Below are positions 36,054 to 49,232 of a stretch of DNA of 64,000 nt, piece by piece. A model generated the notes under the pieces. That model did no database searches, was not told where the DNA came from, and saw only the letters and a program-made list of their open reading frames with translations. Position 1 is the first letter of the stretch. Each line of letters begins with the position of its first letter. The DNA comes from Podarcis cretensis (lineage: Eukaryota): assembly GCA_951804945.1 (NCBI GenBank), contig OX638160.1, positions 46,004,001-46,068,000 of the forward strand. Reading direction: 5' to 3'. Made by a program: the position numbers and the translations under genes.

Positions 36054-38524
36054 AATCTGCAGATACAGTCCAAAAGGCACACAGGGAGTTCTATATATAT
36101 GGGAGCATTTTTAATAGCAAGTGGTCCTCACTGACGTAGTGCAAAAAGATATTGTCATCCAGAGGAGCTCTGGCTGCCTAGATAAAACACTATAGTCCCA
36201 CACACCTTTACCTTTACTGAACTCAGTGTGGCTTTCTTCTGAGTAGACAGTTATTTACTAGATGCAAGTCAGCAGCACCAGACGACTCCACTCGGCTGGG
36301 CGCTGGGGTGGATTTCACCCCACGCCTTGCAGAGCCAGGGCATCGCACATACCTGACCTGGGGGTTCTAGATCACAGGCTCTACTGGTCAAAACGGAAGC
36401 CTTGGTGGTCATTCTTTCCCAACAGAAGCAAACCAGGACTGCTCCCAAGAAATGCACGTGGCAAAAAGGAGCGCTAGTCCCTGGTGAACCGTTCACTTAC
36501 CCGCTTGTGATTGGCCAAGCGGATAGCCAGCCAATCAGGATTTTTAAAAAAGTTTTCCCCCTTCACTTCTTACTTCCCTCTGTGGCCCTCACAGCCTCAT
36601 GCTGTGGCCCCCCATTTACGCGATTTTCACCTGGGGCCCCCTTGGAATATCCTGGGGCCCCCAGGGGGCCATATCAGTAATTGACCTCCTTTGTAATGTT
36701 TTATTTTGAAAGCTTTAAGATAATATTTTAGTTTTCTGTTGCTTTGACTGGATGCTTTATATTTGACTTTCTTCACATTGTTTTGTTTATGTTTTATTGA
36801 TTTAATATGCTGTAAACCGCTTTGAGATTTTTCTGAAAAATATAAAGCAGTATAGAAATTTAAAAAATAAAATAAATAAAAATAAATATGGCCCCCAATT
36901 GTGAAACACTGCATGAAAGGCTCACCCAGACTTCTACTTGACCTGCCATTTTCCCATGGGAAAACCCAATCTTTTGTCTCTGACTCAGAGTAATTTCAAT
37001 GTGATTTCTGTGGGTTGACCTTTTCTCCCGATTCAGCGCTGAAGAGCAGATTTTCCTGTGAATTGGCCATATTTCCACTGCTATTTGTAGCACAATACTG
37101 CTATAATGTTGTATTTCTTTTATAAATTGCTTTCTGGTCATTGACCGTATTAAAGATATTATTATTATTATCCTGGGGAAAGCGGTGGGGCAAATGGAAA
37201 ACGGCTCAGATCCGTGCCCAGAAAGCACATGACAAGCGGAAGTGTTGATGAGCCCTTGCTCACCTTTCCTTTAAACAGTTATTACCTTTGACTCCTTTGA
37301 CCCTCAGGGATTCCTCGACTAAAGGACGTTGGGCATAAGCCCATGACACAAATTTGAATAAAACTGGCATAGGATAAATTATATGGATAGATATGCCTGG
37401 GCAAATTAAGATGGTGAGTGGCTGGGTTATTACCCTGTACCTGTAAGCAAAGTAAAGCAAAACTTTGGTTTTCGTTTTTTTTAAAGGGAGAAGGAAAGGG
37501 GCAGGCGATCTGGGGCCTGTCACAAAGTATCTGGGAATTAGCTTTCCGGGGCCATTCCCAATAACTAGGTTTTCTTAGTTGCCGCAATACTATCAGTGGA
37601 ATGTTTAATTGAAATTTTAAGGCCTGACCTGCAAATCTTGTTTAGATTTCATTGACTTAATTGGCTTTGTCTCTGGTGTAAGTGCCTTGAAAATTTCAAT
37701 GTATACAATTATTGCCTGGTTAGTGAATATAAACATTTCATTTGTCACAATCCAGGAGGAAGGCCAATTACTGCACTATTGAAACAGTTCGTTCCTCTCG
37801 GCTAAGGCTCAATCCACATTATCTGCCATGTATTAATAGGCAACCACAGGAGAGGGAGTGCGGGCTGTGCTTGCATTGACAGCAGGTGGTGGTTCGGTAT
37901 AGGAGGAAACAGGAGAAGGGGCAGTGAAATGGGGAAATTATATGGTACTCCACATCAATTGTTGAGCTTCGGTGCAGACCACAACAGTGCCATTGCAGTT
38001 GAAAAGGAAGAAGTGGACCCTGATTTGGGGTTTAGAATTTGGATACACTTTATTCATTATTTACAATTAAGAAATGAGTGGCTGGCGTGGGACTTTTTCT
38101 CCCCCACCTCAAACTTTACCTGAAGAAATGGCCTGGTTATCTACACCCCATATCTGCTTTGGGTCCAAGGCTCCAACCTGGGACCAACTGGATCTGGGCC
38201 CCAAATTGATGGGGGGGGGGCTGCCCTAATGTTTGTTTAGGGTTTTATACGCTAATCAAGTGTATGGTCGTAGAGTGTGGGGGTGAGGGAAGAAGGAGAA
38301 ACTGCGTCGTCTTCACCGCCACCCCAAATGTGGGCTTAATCAAGAGTTTTGAAACTCTTATTGAACTTACGGTTGGGAGAGGGTGGAGAAAATAGATGTA
38401 TCCTTCCCGCCTCCCGTTGTGTTGCAGAAACCAGGAATAAACCTTCTGCTCACTAGCTGTGAGCGGACAATGCAGTCCTGCTCACCTTGGCTTTGTCTTA
38501 TGTGTTCTCCTGCTGGGAACATGC

Positions 38525-38555
<31 letters not shown>

Positions 38556-38830
38556 TAATTTTATTATTTATACCCCACCCATCTGACTGGGTTTCCCCAG
38601 CCACTCTGGGCGGCTTCCAACAAATCACTAAAATACAATAACCTATTAAACATTAAAAGCTTCCCTAAACACGGCTGCCTTCAGGTGTCTTCTAAAAGTT
38701 TGGTAGTTATTTTTCTCTTTGACATCTGGTGGGAGGGCGTTCCGCAGGTCGGGTGCCACTTCCGAGATGGCCCTCTGCCTGGTTCCCTGTAACTTGGCTT
38801 CTCGCAGTGAGGGAACTGCCAGAAGGCCCT
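38525..38830 (-). mobile_element. L2-type 3' fragment with AAT repeat
   Basis: Same family as 49960-50465 and 50897-51160. Confidence 0.75.
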
Positions 38831-38916
38831 CGACAATCAGTCAAAGAGCAATGTGGGGCTGTTTGAAAGCTGCCTTAGAAGCAACCCCATACTGCTTTTT
38901 GATGTAGATGCCTGCC

Positions 38917-38951
<35 letters not shown>

Positions 38952-39699
38952 CTGCCCAGCCCTGACTATCTCTTTTAAAAATATATTTTATTCATTTTTA
39001 GCTTTAACAGTTAACATCACAAATAAATCATAATCATATACACATAGGATTCTCTGAATCCCTGGTCTTCCCTTCACCCCTCCATGGTTTCCATAGTTAT
39101 TCTTTTCCAACTGCATCATATACTGCTCACCATATTTTCTTAACACTCAATTTTTTTGAAATCCTGCCAATGTTTTTAGTTGTTTTTTTTATAATAATTT
39201 TATTACATTTTCCACAAAAAAGAACAAAAAAGCATATTTTCACAAACATTACAAATGTTTTTAGTTGTTTACAGTGTTTTGGTTTGTGCTTGACCCAAAT
39301 CCAGTGTACGCCCAACTTGGGTGCTATTCTCAAGCTTGAAGATTTTGACTGCAGTGAAACCCTTTTTCTAGACATATGCATAGCTGTCAACTTTCAGATT
39401 TGAAAATAAGGGATCAGCAGCCTTGAAAATAAGGGATCAGCAGCCTCACCAGTCCTGGGGACAGTCTATGGGATATCTAACAATCCGGGATAGCCACAGG
39501 AAGCAGTGGGAAACGGCATTGGAATAAGGGAATTTCCCTCAAAAAAAGGGCATATGGTTAGGCTAAGAGCAGGTCCCTTTTCTAGCATGTGCCCAGATCC
39601 GCTGGACATTCCCATTCCACATTCCATAGCTGATAATTAGAGGCAGGTCCCTAGCTATGGGGACGCCCTTGTTTTTCTGCTAAGTGTTAGGAACCCCCC

Positions 39700-40045
39700 C
39701 CCCAAAAAAAAAATTATTGACAGCTGCAAAAATTATGATAGCTAGGAAGTGGAATGGGCAAGCAGAATATAAAATGGAAAAATGGTATAAAGTGGTATGC
39801 GATATGGCTATTAATGATAAATTAACATGTGCCATTAAGGTAAGACGGGGAATATGCAGGAGAAATGATTTTGAGGAGCTATGGAGGCTGTTTGTAGAAT
39901 TTGTACCATTAAAACGGAAAGGGGTCAAACCATTGCAAGAGGTGTTGACATTTTGGGAGGCTGGATAGTTATTATGGAATGGTCTCAGTGGTGGGGTGCA
40001 CATTTTTATTCTTATTTATTTATGGTTATTACTTTGTCAAAATAA
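39700..40045 (+). mobile_element. L1-clade 3' fragment
   Basis: LLTAAKIMIARKWN...W.KVV.DMAINDKLT ORF2 C-terminus-like peptide, then AATAAA and A-rich tail. Confidence 0.75.
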
Positions 40046-42739
40046 AATAAAAATAACAAAAAAGAGTGTTAGGAAAGGTGCGTTTTCAACTTAGTCCTCT
40101 CCTGACTCGCCTCCCAAGTTGTGATGGTTGTTCAGTGCAAAGACCATTGAGAATACTATCCTAACTTACGGAGGACTTAAGGAGGGCGAAAAATGTGCCT
40201 TTCTGCAGCCAGACATGAGAAAATTCCTTTCTGGCCCCCAAATGGAGCAACCAGCTGCAGCCTGGAGTAAACCTGTTAAGCAAGGGGGCGGGCGTTGCCT
40301 GCCAGTGTCCCAAAAAGACTGGGCAACATGAGATGGGCTCATTTGTTTTCCGCTGTCTCTGGTTCAGAGCTGCAATAATGCAGGAGATAATCCTGGAACT
40401 CTGGGGAATTCCATAATGGCCTTGGGAAACACGATCACAGATGTGTGTTCTTGGTATCTGCTGACGATTGCACAAATCCAGTTGTGTGTCAGACCACTGT
40501 GACCTGCTTTGACCCTGTACTTGGAATACATCCTACTGTACCGAATGTTGCCCTGGTGAACATGATGCCAAAAGTGTTGGGACATGACCTAGTTAGTGTT
40601 GCCATTAGGGAAGGGAGAGAACTGTGATTCAGTTCCCATTTTAATGCAAAACTACCCGGTTTACATTACCTTAAACAATATATGCACCGCAACACACCTA
40701 TCCTTTGAAATGCACACTGTTACAAAATGCACACACTTTTATTTCATAATGCTCTTCCCCAACCAAATGATGTGCATCAAAAATTCATATATTAGGGGAA
40801 AGTGTGTTTAAAAATGCATATATTAATGAATATAACATTAAAATATGCCTTCTATTAGGGAGAATTGCTTGTGAAAAGGTTTATTAGGAGAAATATGCAT
40901 GAAATGTTAATGAACCTTAAAGAGGACTTTAAAAAAAAAAAATCCACACCCAAGCTGATGTGGAAATTGAGGAACTGAGATTAAGATTTGAAAAATGAGA
41001 AATGGAATAAAACCAAGATGGACAAATTTGGCCATTCCTGGTTGACATGGGACTGTTCTTTACCCCTTTTCTCGTAATCTCATTTCTCCCTACTTGAGCT
41101 AAAGTGATAGCATATGCCATGCTGTAGGCCAGGCCTCTCCAGAACTGAGCATGCTAAAGAGGTAATTGAGTCCAAGCAAAGACCAGTAGCGCTAATGAAA
41201 TATGCTGTAAAACTTTAATTTCAGTGTAATCAGGGACTGTGACATCTACATGATTTATATAGGGATTCTCTTTAAATCCTGTTGTTTTGGGACAATTTAA
41301 ACATCTGCTAATTTTGCAAAACAACTTCTGAAATACAAAAGAATTGTCTTTTAAAAATTATATTTTGTTAAATAGGGTTCTGGAATGTACACACACACAC
41401 ACACACACACACACGATTTTTTTGGAATTAAATTTTGCAAAATGCATGAAATGGAATTTTTGAATATATAGGCTTATGGGCTGTCACAATACATTATGAA
41501 GGGACTGTCAAAATAAATTATTTACTTATTTTCCCCTCCCTCAAAACTGATTAGAAAGTGTCAATCCAAAGCGTCACTTCTCTGACTGGAGGAAATTAGT
41601 CGGGTGTTAATTCTCAGAGGTATTTTTGGTGCTGTGGAAGGAACACAGCATGCATCTGCTTTCTCTTTTTTATACAGTTAGGTCTTCAAAAGAAGTCACA
41701 GGAGACTTCTAATGTGTGCATATAATAAGCTGAATCTGTATAGTGGATAATACAAAGAAGGCACAGCATGCAGCTGCTGAAAATGCGTACCCTATAATAT
41801 GCTTGATCAAGGTTAACACTAGTCAAAGGAACTGTCATAAGATAAAAGTAAGCTATTAGGAGGTGTGTGATAAATGCAAGCTAAAATAAATATTTTGTTT
41901 GCTCTTCTTATTACACAGATAGCTTTACATGCATCTTTTTAAAACCCTCTAAACTGCCATCTTGAAATCACTTGCTACCTCTTCCAGCCAGTAACATCAC
42001 TAATTGACAATGTTGTCAGGATTTCAGATTAAAGAATATGGTCATTTTGTGTACAAATGTTAGGCACAGAATCTGAAAAAGAATTTAGAAAAGCAACTTT
42101 GCAGTCTTCCACACACTAACTTGGGATCAATGGGACTTTGCAAGGTCAATGCGCAAAACACTGCAGACTAGATCTTCAAATTCCTTGGGATGTCTCTGAA
42201 GCAGTGTTGTCATGCAGTGGTCGCATCTCACCTGTGCCATAAATAAATGGATGCTGTCATTACATATTATAAGACACTGGAAACAGTTATATCGCTAAAT
42301 TCAGCATCAGTGAAGCCTTTGTGTGAATAATGAGTTCACTTCTGTTTGCCATGCTTCAAGAATGATAGTGTGAAGCTGGAAAGAATCAAATGAGATCTAC
42401 AAAAAATATGCTTAGTAAAGTGAAGAATACAATTTAGGATGAACATCAGAATAGGTTTAATTGGAAAATAAAAGGCTGAATTGGGATTTGATAATATATA
42501 AAATATTGCCTCAATTCAGATGGGGCTCACGGTGTTTTTTTTCCTTGTCTGCTATGACAAGATAAGAAATAACTGACTCAGTTGGTAACCAAAATGATTT
42601 GTCCTGGATGTTAGGAAGGGCTTCCTGTAAAAATGTGGCAAATACTTACTAAATGCTTTAGCTGGTCCCAGAGTCAATGAATCAGGCCCCATAACTGATG
42701 CGCATATTAATTATTTCCCTCAAGCCAATGTAGTCCAAT

Positions 42740-43432
42740 TAATAATAATAAATTTTTATTTATACCCCGCCCTCCCCAGCCAAGACCGGGCTCAGGGCGG
42801 CTAACAACCAATAACAAAAACAAGTTGATTAAAATACAATTTAAAAAGATTAAAATACAACATTAAAACATTAGGATGTAGCCTCTTCACCGGAGGAGAA
42901 AGGAAAAAGAAAGACGGGGAGGGAATCAAACTGATTCTAAGCCAAATGCCAGGTGGAACAACTCTGTCTTACAGGCCCTGCGGAAAGAAATCAGATCCCG
43001 CAGGGCCCCGGTCTCATGAGACAGAGCGTTCCACCAGGCCGGAGCCAGTGTTGAGAAGGCCCTAGCTCTGGTTGAGGCTAATCTAACTTCCTTAGGGCCT
43101 GGGACCTCTAGGGTGTTGCTATTTATGGACCTTAAGGTCCTCCGTGGGGCATACTGGGAGAGGCGGTCCCGTAGGTATGAGGGTCCTAGGCCGTGAAGGG
43201 CTTTAAAGGTCAAAACCACCTTAAATCTGACCCTGTACTCCACTGGGAGCCAGTGCAGCTGGAAAAGCACTGGGTGAATATGCTCCCATGGCAGAGACTC
43301 CGTGAGGAGCCTCGCTGCAGCATTCTGCACCTGCTGGAGTTTCTGGGACAGCTTCAAGGGCAGTCCCGCGTAGAGCGAATTACAGTAGTCAAACCTGGAG
43401 GTGACCATTGCATGGATAACTGTTGCCAGGTT
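42740..43432 (-). mobile_element. L2-clade LINE 3' portion
   Basis: VTSRFDYCNSLYAGLP..KLQQVQNAAARLL..HIHPVLFQLHWLPV is the conserved L2/CR1-group ORF2 C-terminus. Confidence 0.9.
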
Positions 43433-43632
43433 GGGGCGGGAAAGGTAAAATTAATTAAAATAATTAAACCTAATTAAAATAATTAAACCTTCCATCCAAG
43501 TTATCTCTTTGGGGTGTCCTCTTCATCCTAACAAGTGATGGAGACCACATGGGCATTCCAAGCTCTTGGTCCCCTATTCCTAATATGACTGTTTCTCCTG
43601 CCATAAAATCACAAAACTTTAAGTTTCTCTTA

Positions 43633-44001
43633 AAGGTAAAGGTAAAGGTAAAGGTACCCCTGCCCATACGGGCCAGTCTTGACAGACTCTGGGGTTGTGC
43701 ACCCATCTCACTCAAGAGGCCAGGGGCCAGCGCTGTCTGGAGACACTTCCGGGTCACGTGGCCAGCGTGACATCGCTGCTCTGGCGAGCCAGAGCCGCAC
43801 ACGGAAACGCCGTTTACCTTCCCGCTGGTAAGCGGTCCCTATTTATCTACTTGCACCCGGAGGTGCTTTCGAACTGCTAGGTTGGCAGGTGCTGGGACCG
43901 AGCAGCGGGAGCGCACCGCGCCGTAGGGATTCGAACCGCCGACCTTTCGATCAGCAAGTCCTAGGCGCTGAGGCTTTAACCCACAGCGCCACCTGCGTCC
44001 C
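43633..44001 (-). mobile_element. Sauria SINE, different subfamily, antisense to ANO10
   Basis: (AAAGGT)n tail at ~43633-43656, head ends GCGTCCC; imperfect TSD TTAAG.TTCTCTTA. Confidence 0.9.
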
Positions 44002-44599
44002 TTAAGCTTCTCTTAGAAGACATCAATTACAAGCAATAAGCCACACTTGCAGCAAAGTCATCAACCACACGAGTAGTAAGTTGCAAACTGGTCCCAACTA
44101 ACCAGACAACCTTGTTTTCCCAGAGATACAAGACCACACGGGAATTTCTAATTGACAATTTTTAGTATGGTCAGATGTGCCCCAGGCATGCTTCTGTGTC
44201 CAAGAAACTTAATATGTGTTATTTTGTAGCTGAGATTTCTTGGATTTATTTCATATGCTCAGATATTTTGAGGAATGTAGTATCCTGCTCTAATTTAGAA
44301 TGATTTTCTTTTCCCTCTGATAATGGTGATAGTTAGCAGTTAAACTTAGAAATGTCTTCGTTAGCAATTAAGCTTAGCAACGTCTCATAAATTTATATTC
44401 TTCAAAGGAAAATTTAGTGTAGTTCAGTTGGTAGCGGGGTGCCAACTTGAAAAAAATATTTGGGGGGCCCAAGAAAGTCCCACTCTGCACAATCAATCAC
44501 AAGAAACGGTATGTGTACACAATTTGAACGGCATTGCCCATCAACTTTTTTGGTGGGGGCAGCCCCCTCAAATATTTTGTTGGGAGGGCTGAAGGGACC

Positions 44600-44750
44600 T
44601 CGGCCCACAGGAGTTGGCTCCTATGCTTGGTAGAACATGAGATACTTAATCTCAAGGTCATGGGTTTGAGCTCCATGTTGGGCAAAACATCCCTGCTTTG
44701 CAGGGGTTGGAATAGATGAGCCTTGCAGTCCCTTCCAACTCTTATAGAAT
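44600..44750 (+). mobile_element. tRNA-derived SINE with CR1-like tail
   Basis: TGGTAGAACATGAGATACTTAATCTCAAGGTCATGGGTTTGAGC (decayed tRNA-like) then GTCCCTTCCAACTCT. Confidence 0.6.
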
Positions 44751-45301
44751 TCTAGAATTTTATAAATATTCCTTCATTGTAGCACCAAGTCAGTCTCCTC
44801 TTTTGAGAGCCTCATGTCTTTGCTTGCCTGCTCGACGACCTAGGTCATTATGAATCGGAAAGGTATCTCAACTCTGCATCAGTGTGCTTTAGATCCGTAA
44901 TGCTAGCTTGCATTTTACCAAGTTTTTATGCTGTTGACTAACATCTGTTATTTTCTCTTCTGGAACATTTCACTAAGCTTTATTGACTAAACAAAATGCG
45001 CTTAACTGAACCTATATGTCTAAGAGCCATCCCTGAATCCGTCATTTTCTGTGTGCTGAAATGAAAGCAGGGCTATCTCCACTCCACTTGCTGTTGCTTC
45101 TGTTGCAGGGGGGACTAGGGGGTAGTTTAAATGTCTTGATGGGGTTACACTTCCTCTGAAGGACTGGGTTCATAGCCTGGGGGGTACTCCTGGATCCTTT
45201 GCTGTCGCTTGAGGCTCAGGTGGCCTAGATGGCACAGAGTGCATCCCTATCTAGACAAGGATAGCCTAATTTCTGTTGTTTGTGCCCTGGTAATGTCGAG
45301 G

Positions 45302-46203
45302 GTGGCGCTGTGGGTTAAACCACAGAGCCTAGGACTTGCTGATCAGAAGGTCGGCGGTTCGAATCCCTGCGGCGGGGTGAGCTCCCGTTGCTCAGTCCCT
45401 GCTCCTGCCAACCTAGCAGTTTGTTTTTGTTTTGTTTTTAATAAGTATTTATTAAAGTTTTTAACAAAATACAACAAAAAAGAAAAAACACAAAACAGAA
45501 AAATACACCAAACAGAAAAAATAGATAACAATAAAAAAGAAAGGAAAAATCCATTATTCTTTTTCTAACTTTGAAGCTCATATCCTTATTTTCTTGACCT
45601 CCTCACACCTCCCCTTTTTGTATTCCCATTTACATAATCAAATCAGCAAATCCTTACCCTCTTTCCTTTTATCATCTTTAACTTGTACCTTAACATCTTA
45701 ACATATCACAACTCCAATATTTTCATCCTTAAATTCATTTTTGCATACTCTTTCTAACTTTGTCACTAATACCACTTGTTTTTAATCCAACATCATTTTA
45801 GCATTCATAAATTTTACACTGTTTCTGTAAATAGTCTTTAAATTTCTTCCAGTCCTCTTCCACCAGCTCTTCTCCCAGGTCTCAGATTCTGCCAGTCATT
45901 TCTGCCAGTTCCATGTATTCCAGTACTTTCATCTGCCATTCTTCCAGAGTGGGTAGATCCTGTGTCCCAACCTAGCAGTTTGAAAGCACATAAAAATGCA
46001 AGTAGATAATTAGGTACCGCTCTGGCGGGAAGGTAAACAGCGTTTCCGTGTGCTGCTCTGGTTTGCCAGAAGTGGCATAGTCATGCTGGCCACATGACCC
46101 AGAAGCTGTATGCCGGCTCCCTCAGGCAGTAAAGCAAGATGAGCACAGCAAACCCCAGCGTCGGTCACGACTGGACCTAATGGTCAGGGGTCCCTTTACC
46201 CTT
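45302..46203 (+). mobile_element. Sauria SINE split by an L1 insertion
   Basis: 11-bp TSD TAATGTCGAGG (45291-45301 and 46204-46214). Confidence 0.9.
45424..45966 (-). mobile_element. 5'-truncated L1 inserted in the Sauria SINE
   Basis: 16-bp TSD CCAACCTAGCAGTTTG (45408-45423 and 45967-45982); 45830-45966 is homologous to the ORF2 end at ~8250-8390. Confidence 0.9.
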
Positions 46204-46782
46204 TAATGTCGAGGTTAGATTATAGCAGCATGTCATTTGTGGCGCTGCCTCTGAAGATGGTTTGGAAAGTTCCTCTGGTGCAGAGTTCAGCAGCCACATT
46301 GCTCTCCAGAGGCAAGACGGTTTGAGCACGTAACAATGATCCTGACCTGACTGCCACTTTCCGGGCCCAATTCAAAGTTCTGGTTTTGATCTATGAAGCC
46401 TTAACTGCTCAGGATTGCAATGCCTCCCTATATGAACCAACCCAAACCCTGCAATAGCCATCTGAGGCCCTTCCTCATGTGCCCCCTCCATGAGAGGTCT
46501 GGAGAGTGGCAACACAAGAATGGACCTTTTTATTCAATGGTTTCCCATTTGTGCAATGCTTTCTGTGGGGAGGCTATAACCAGGCCTTTGGTAGATTAAA
46601 CAATCTGTGGCCTTTTAAAATGTGTTGGGGGTGGGCTATTGGTTTGGTGTTTTTTGTTATGCATTTTGTGTTCTTGTTTTGTATTTTTAGGTTTTGAACC
46701 GCCCTGTGATCTTTAGATGAAGAGCAGTATACAATTTTAATTAATCAATAATAGTAAAAAAACACTGTCAGATTGTCCAGAG

Positions 46783-47067
46783 CAGGAGTCAGCAAACTGT
46801 CCCTCAGACCTTGTGGGGGTCCGGACTATATTTTGGAAGGAAAAAAAAGAACGAATTCCTACCCCACAGATAACCCAGAGATGCATTTTAAATAAAAGCA
46901 CACAATCTACTCATGTAAAAACACCAGGCAGGCCCCACAAATGACCCAGAGATGCATTTTAAATAAAAGGACACATTCTACTCGCTGATTCCTGGACCAT
47001 CCGTGGGCCGGATTTAGAAGGCAATTGGGCCGGATCCGGCCCCCGGGCCTTAGTTTGCCTACCCATG
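46783..47067. mobile_element. hAT (Charlie-like) non-autonomous element
   Basis: CAGGAGTCAGCAAACT ... AGTTTGCCTACCCATG ends, GGGCCGG subterminal motifs, internal direct repeat ACCCAGAGATGCATTTTAAATAAA; no intact 8-bp TSD. Confidence 0.7.
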
Positions 47068-47918
47068 GGGAGGATTGACCAGAACATCTGTTGAGGTCTT
47101 TTCTGTATTTTTAAGTGTGCTCCCTCAGTAGTAATGAGGTAGTAAATGCAGTTGCCTACCTTGTGTATCCACCACAAATACACAGACATAGGCCCATGTT
47201 GTATAGCTGTGTACCATTTGTGGTCTCAGAGTTCAGTCTATCCCATTAATATAACTCAGGTTGTGATTTTGGCCCAGATTTTGGCTATCAACACATTAAA
47301 TAGACAACCCTGAAAATATCGCCGAAAGAGGGAATTTAGGATGCATTTCTTTCTGGGACAGTGTCCTTTTCTAGTAGGATGTTTAGCGAGGTTGCATATG
47401 GGTTCCTGCTTGAGGGGAGTTAGAATAATAATAATAATATTTTTTTATTATTATTTATACCCCACCCATGTGGCTGGGTTTCCCCAACCACTTTGGGTGG
47501 CTCCCAACAGAATATTATTATTAGTAATAATAAAGCTATAAAACATCAAACATTAAAAACTTCCCTAAACAATAGAATAACAAGTATCTCTAGCTGGAGA
47601 GGTTTGCATGCTATAAACACTTCATAATTTGCCATTCCTCTTCAAGACTCTGTTCAAAATCAATAGTAAAATACTGTTCAGGCATTTTGGTGAAAGCCTA
47701 ATTAACTGCCTTAAAAAAATAAAAATCATCTTCTGGAACTGTTGTTGAAAGGCCGATCTGTTTTATCATTTTAAAGTAGTCTATTTGTCATCATAAATAG
47801 TTTTTTAGAAAATGTCAGCTAAATTAAGTGACTAATCCCCACGTCTTGATTGCCATTAGGAAATACTTTTATGGAGTAGGTGTTTAATGAATGTCTCGTT
47901 TATTAAATAAGGGAACTC

Positions 47919-47935
47919 GCCCACTAGAGGGCACA
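47919..47935 (+). promoter_or_regulatory. Candidate CTCF site
   Basis: GCCCACTAGAGGGCACA is a near-consensus CTCF core in non-repetitive sequence. Motif match only. Confidence 0.5.
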
Positions 47936-48298
47936 TGAGTACACAGGCTGTTAGTTAATTTAATTGAACTCTGTCTTCTCATGGGTCTAGTGAAATTTCA
48001 TTTTGACATTCCAAATATCAACAGGAATAATAAAGAAGAAATGCCTCGGGTGAAAATAAATGAAAAACTGCTCGCAAGCTTTACCAGTGCAATTCTGTGC
48101 ATGTTTACTGCAAGTAGCTCCCTAATAAGTAGGATTGCAGCTTTAGCATCTAATCATTAGATGTAAATTAATAATTTTAGTTTAGATTTATTAGAAAGTT
48201 ATAATCCCAATCCTGGAACAAATGTATGTAAGTATATTAAGAAGTTTCAGGAATATATTTGAAACATATTCTTTTTATGTCTTTGTACAGTCTGCTGG

Positions 48299-48654
48299 GG
48301 GACGCAGGTGGCGCTATGGGTTAAACCACAGAGCCTAGGACTTGCCGATCAGAATGTCGGAGGTTCGAATCCCTGCGACGGGGTGAGCTCCAGTTGCTTG
48401 GTCCCTGCTCCTGCCAACCTAGCAGTTTGAAAACACATCAAAGTGCAAATAGATAAATAGGTACCACTCTGGCGGGAAGGTAAACGGCATTTCTGTGCGT
48501 TGTTCTGGTTTGCCAGAAGCGGCTTAGTCATGCTGGCCACATGACCTGGAAGCTGTATGCCAGCTCCCTCGGCCAATAAAGCGAGATGAGCGCCGCAACC
48601 CCAGAGTCGGTCACGACTGGACCTAATGGTCAGGGGTCCCTCTACCTGTACCTT
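48299..48654 (+). mobile_element. Sauria SINE, full length
   Basis: TSD AGTCTGCTGG (48289-48298 and 48658-48667). Confidence 0.92.
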
Positions 48655-49232
48655 TATAGTCTGCTGGACCATGTTTCGTAGGGTCGAAGGGAGAAATCTA
48701 GAAAACAAAAGAAGGAACGTACCTGTTACAGAGCAATCCAAACTCCCTTTGCTCTGGGTTGTGGGGATGTTGAATAGGCAGAAGTGTCTATACATCTAGC
48801 GGCACTGGCCTTTTCCTTTGGAGTGATGCCAGAGTCATTCTGGTGCCGCAGAGCCCCTGTTCTACCTGCTGAGAGAGTGGGCAGGCGAAATTTCCACTGG
48901 CAGCATCGTTCTGGGGGCAGAGAGGAGCTGAGCTGACCCCACTGCCATCATGTGACAACACTGGATCCAATCTGGACACTGTTGCTGCACTAGGTTGTCA
49001 CGGAGATCTTCCTGTCCCCCACTTACAGCTGGCCTGCTTTGTTATGTCACAACGGGCAGCAGCTGAGGTTAGGAGCTACTCTTATTCATGCTATAGGTGA
49101 TAGCTGGCATTAATCCTACTCTTGAGCATACCCACTGAAATCAGTGAACATAAGTCTGTTAACTCCAGTACTGGATATAGCAGCAGTGAAGCATGTTCTT
49201 AAAGGAAAATGTACATCAGGGATCTGTGGATA

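Larger units (their letters stand above)
45115..46745 (+). mobile_element. Decayed L2 LINE hosting nested insertions
   Basis: ..ALVMSR|LDY.. reading continues across the SINE insertion; L2-type tail GAACCGCCCTG near 46696. Confidence 0.75.

Noticed and set aside
40100-40620. GC-richer block with overlapping short ORFs
   Set aside because: No recognisable protein motif, splice sites or element termini.
44615-44690. tRNA gene
   Set aside because: Acceptor and T arms are degenerate and it is fused to a CR1-like tail, so it is a SINE head; the same applies to the Sauria SINE heads.
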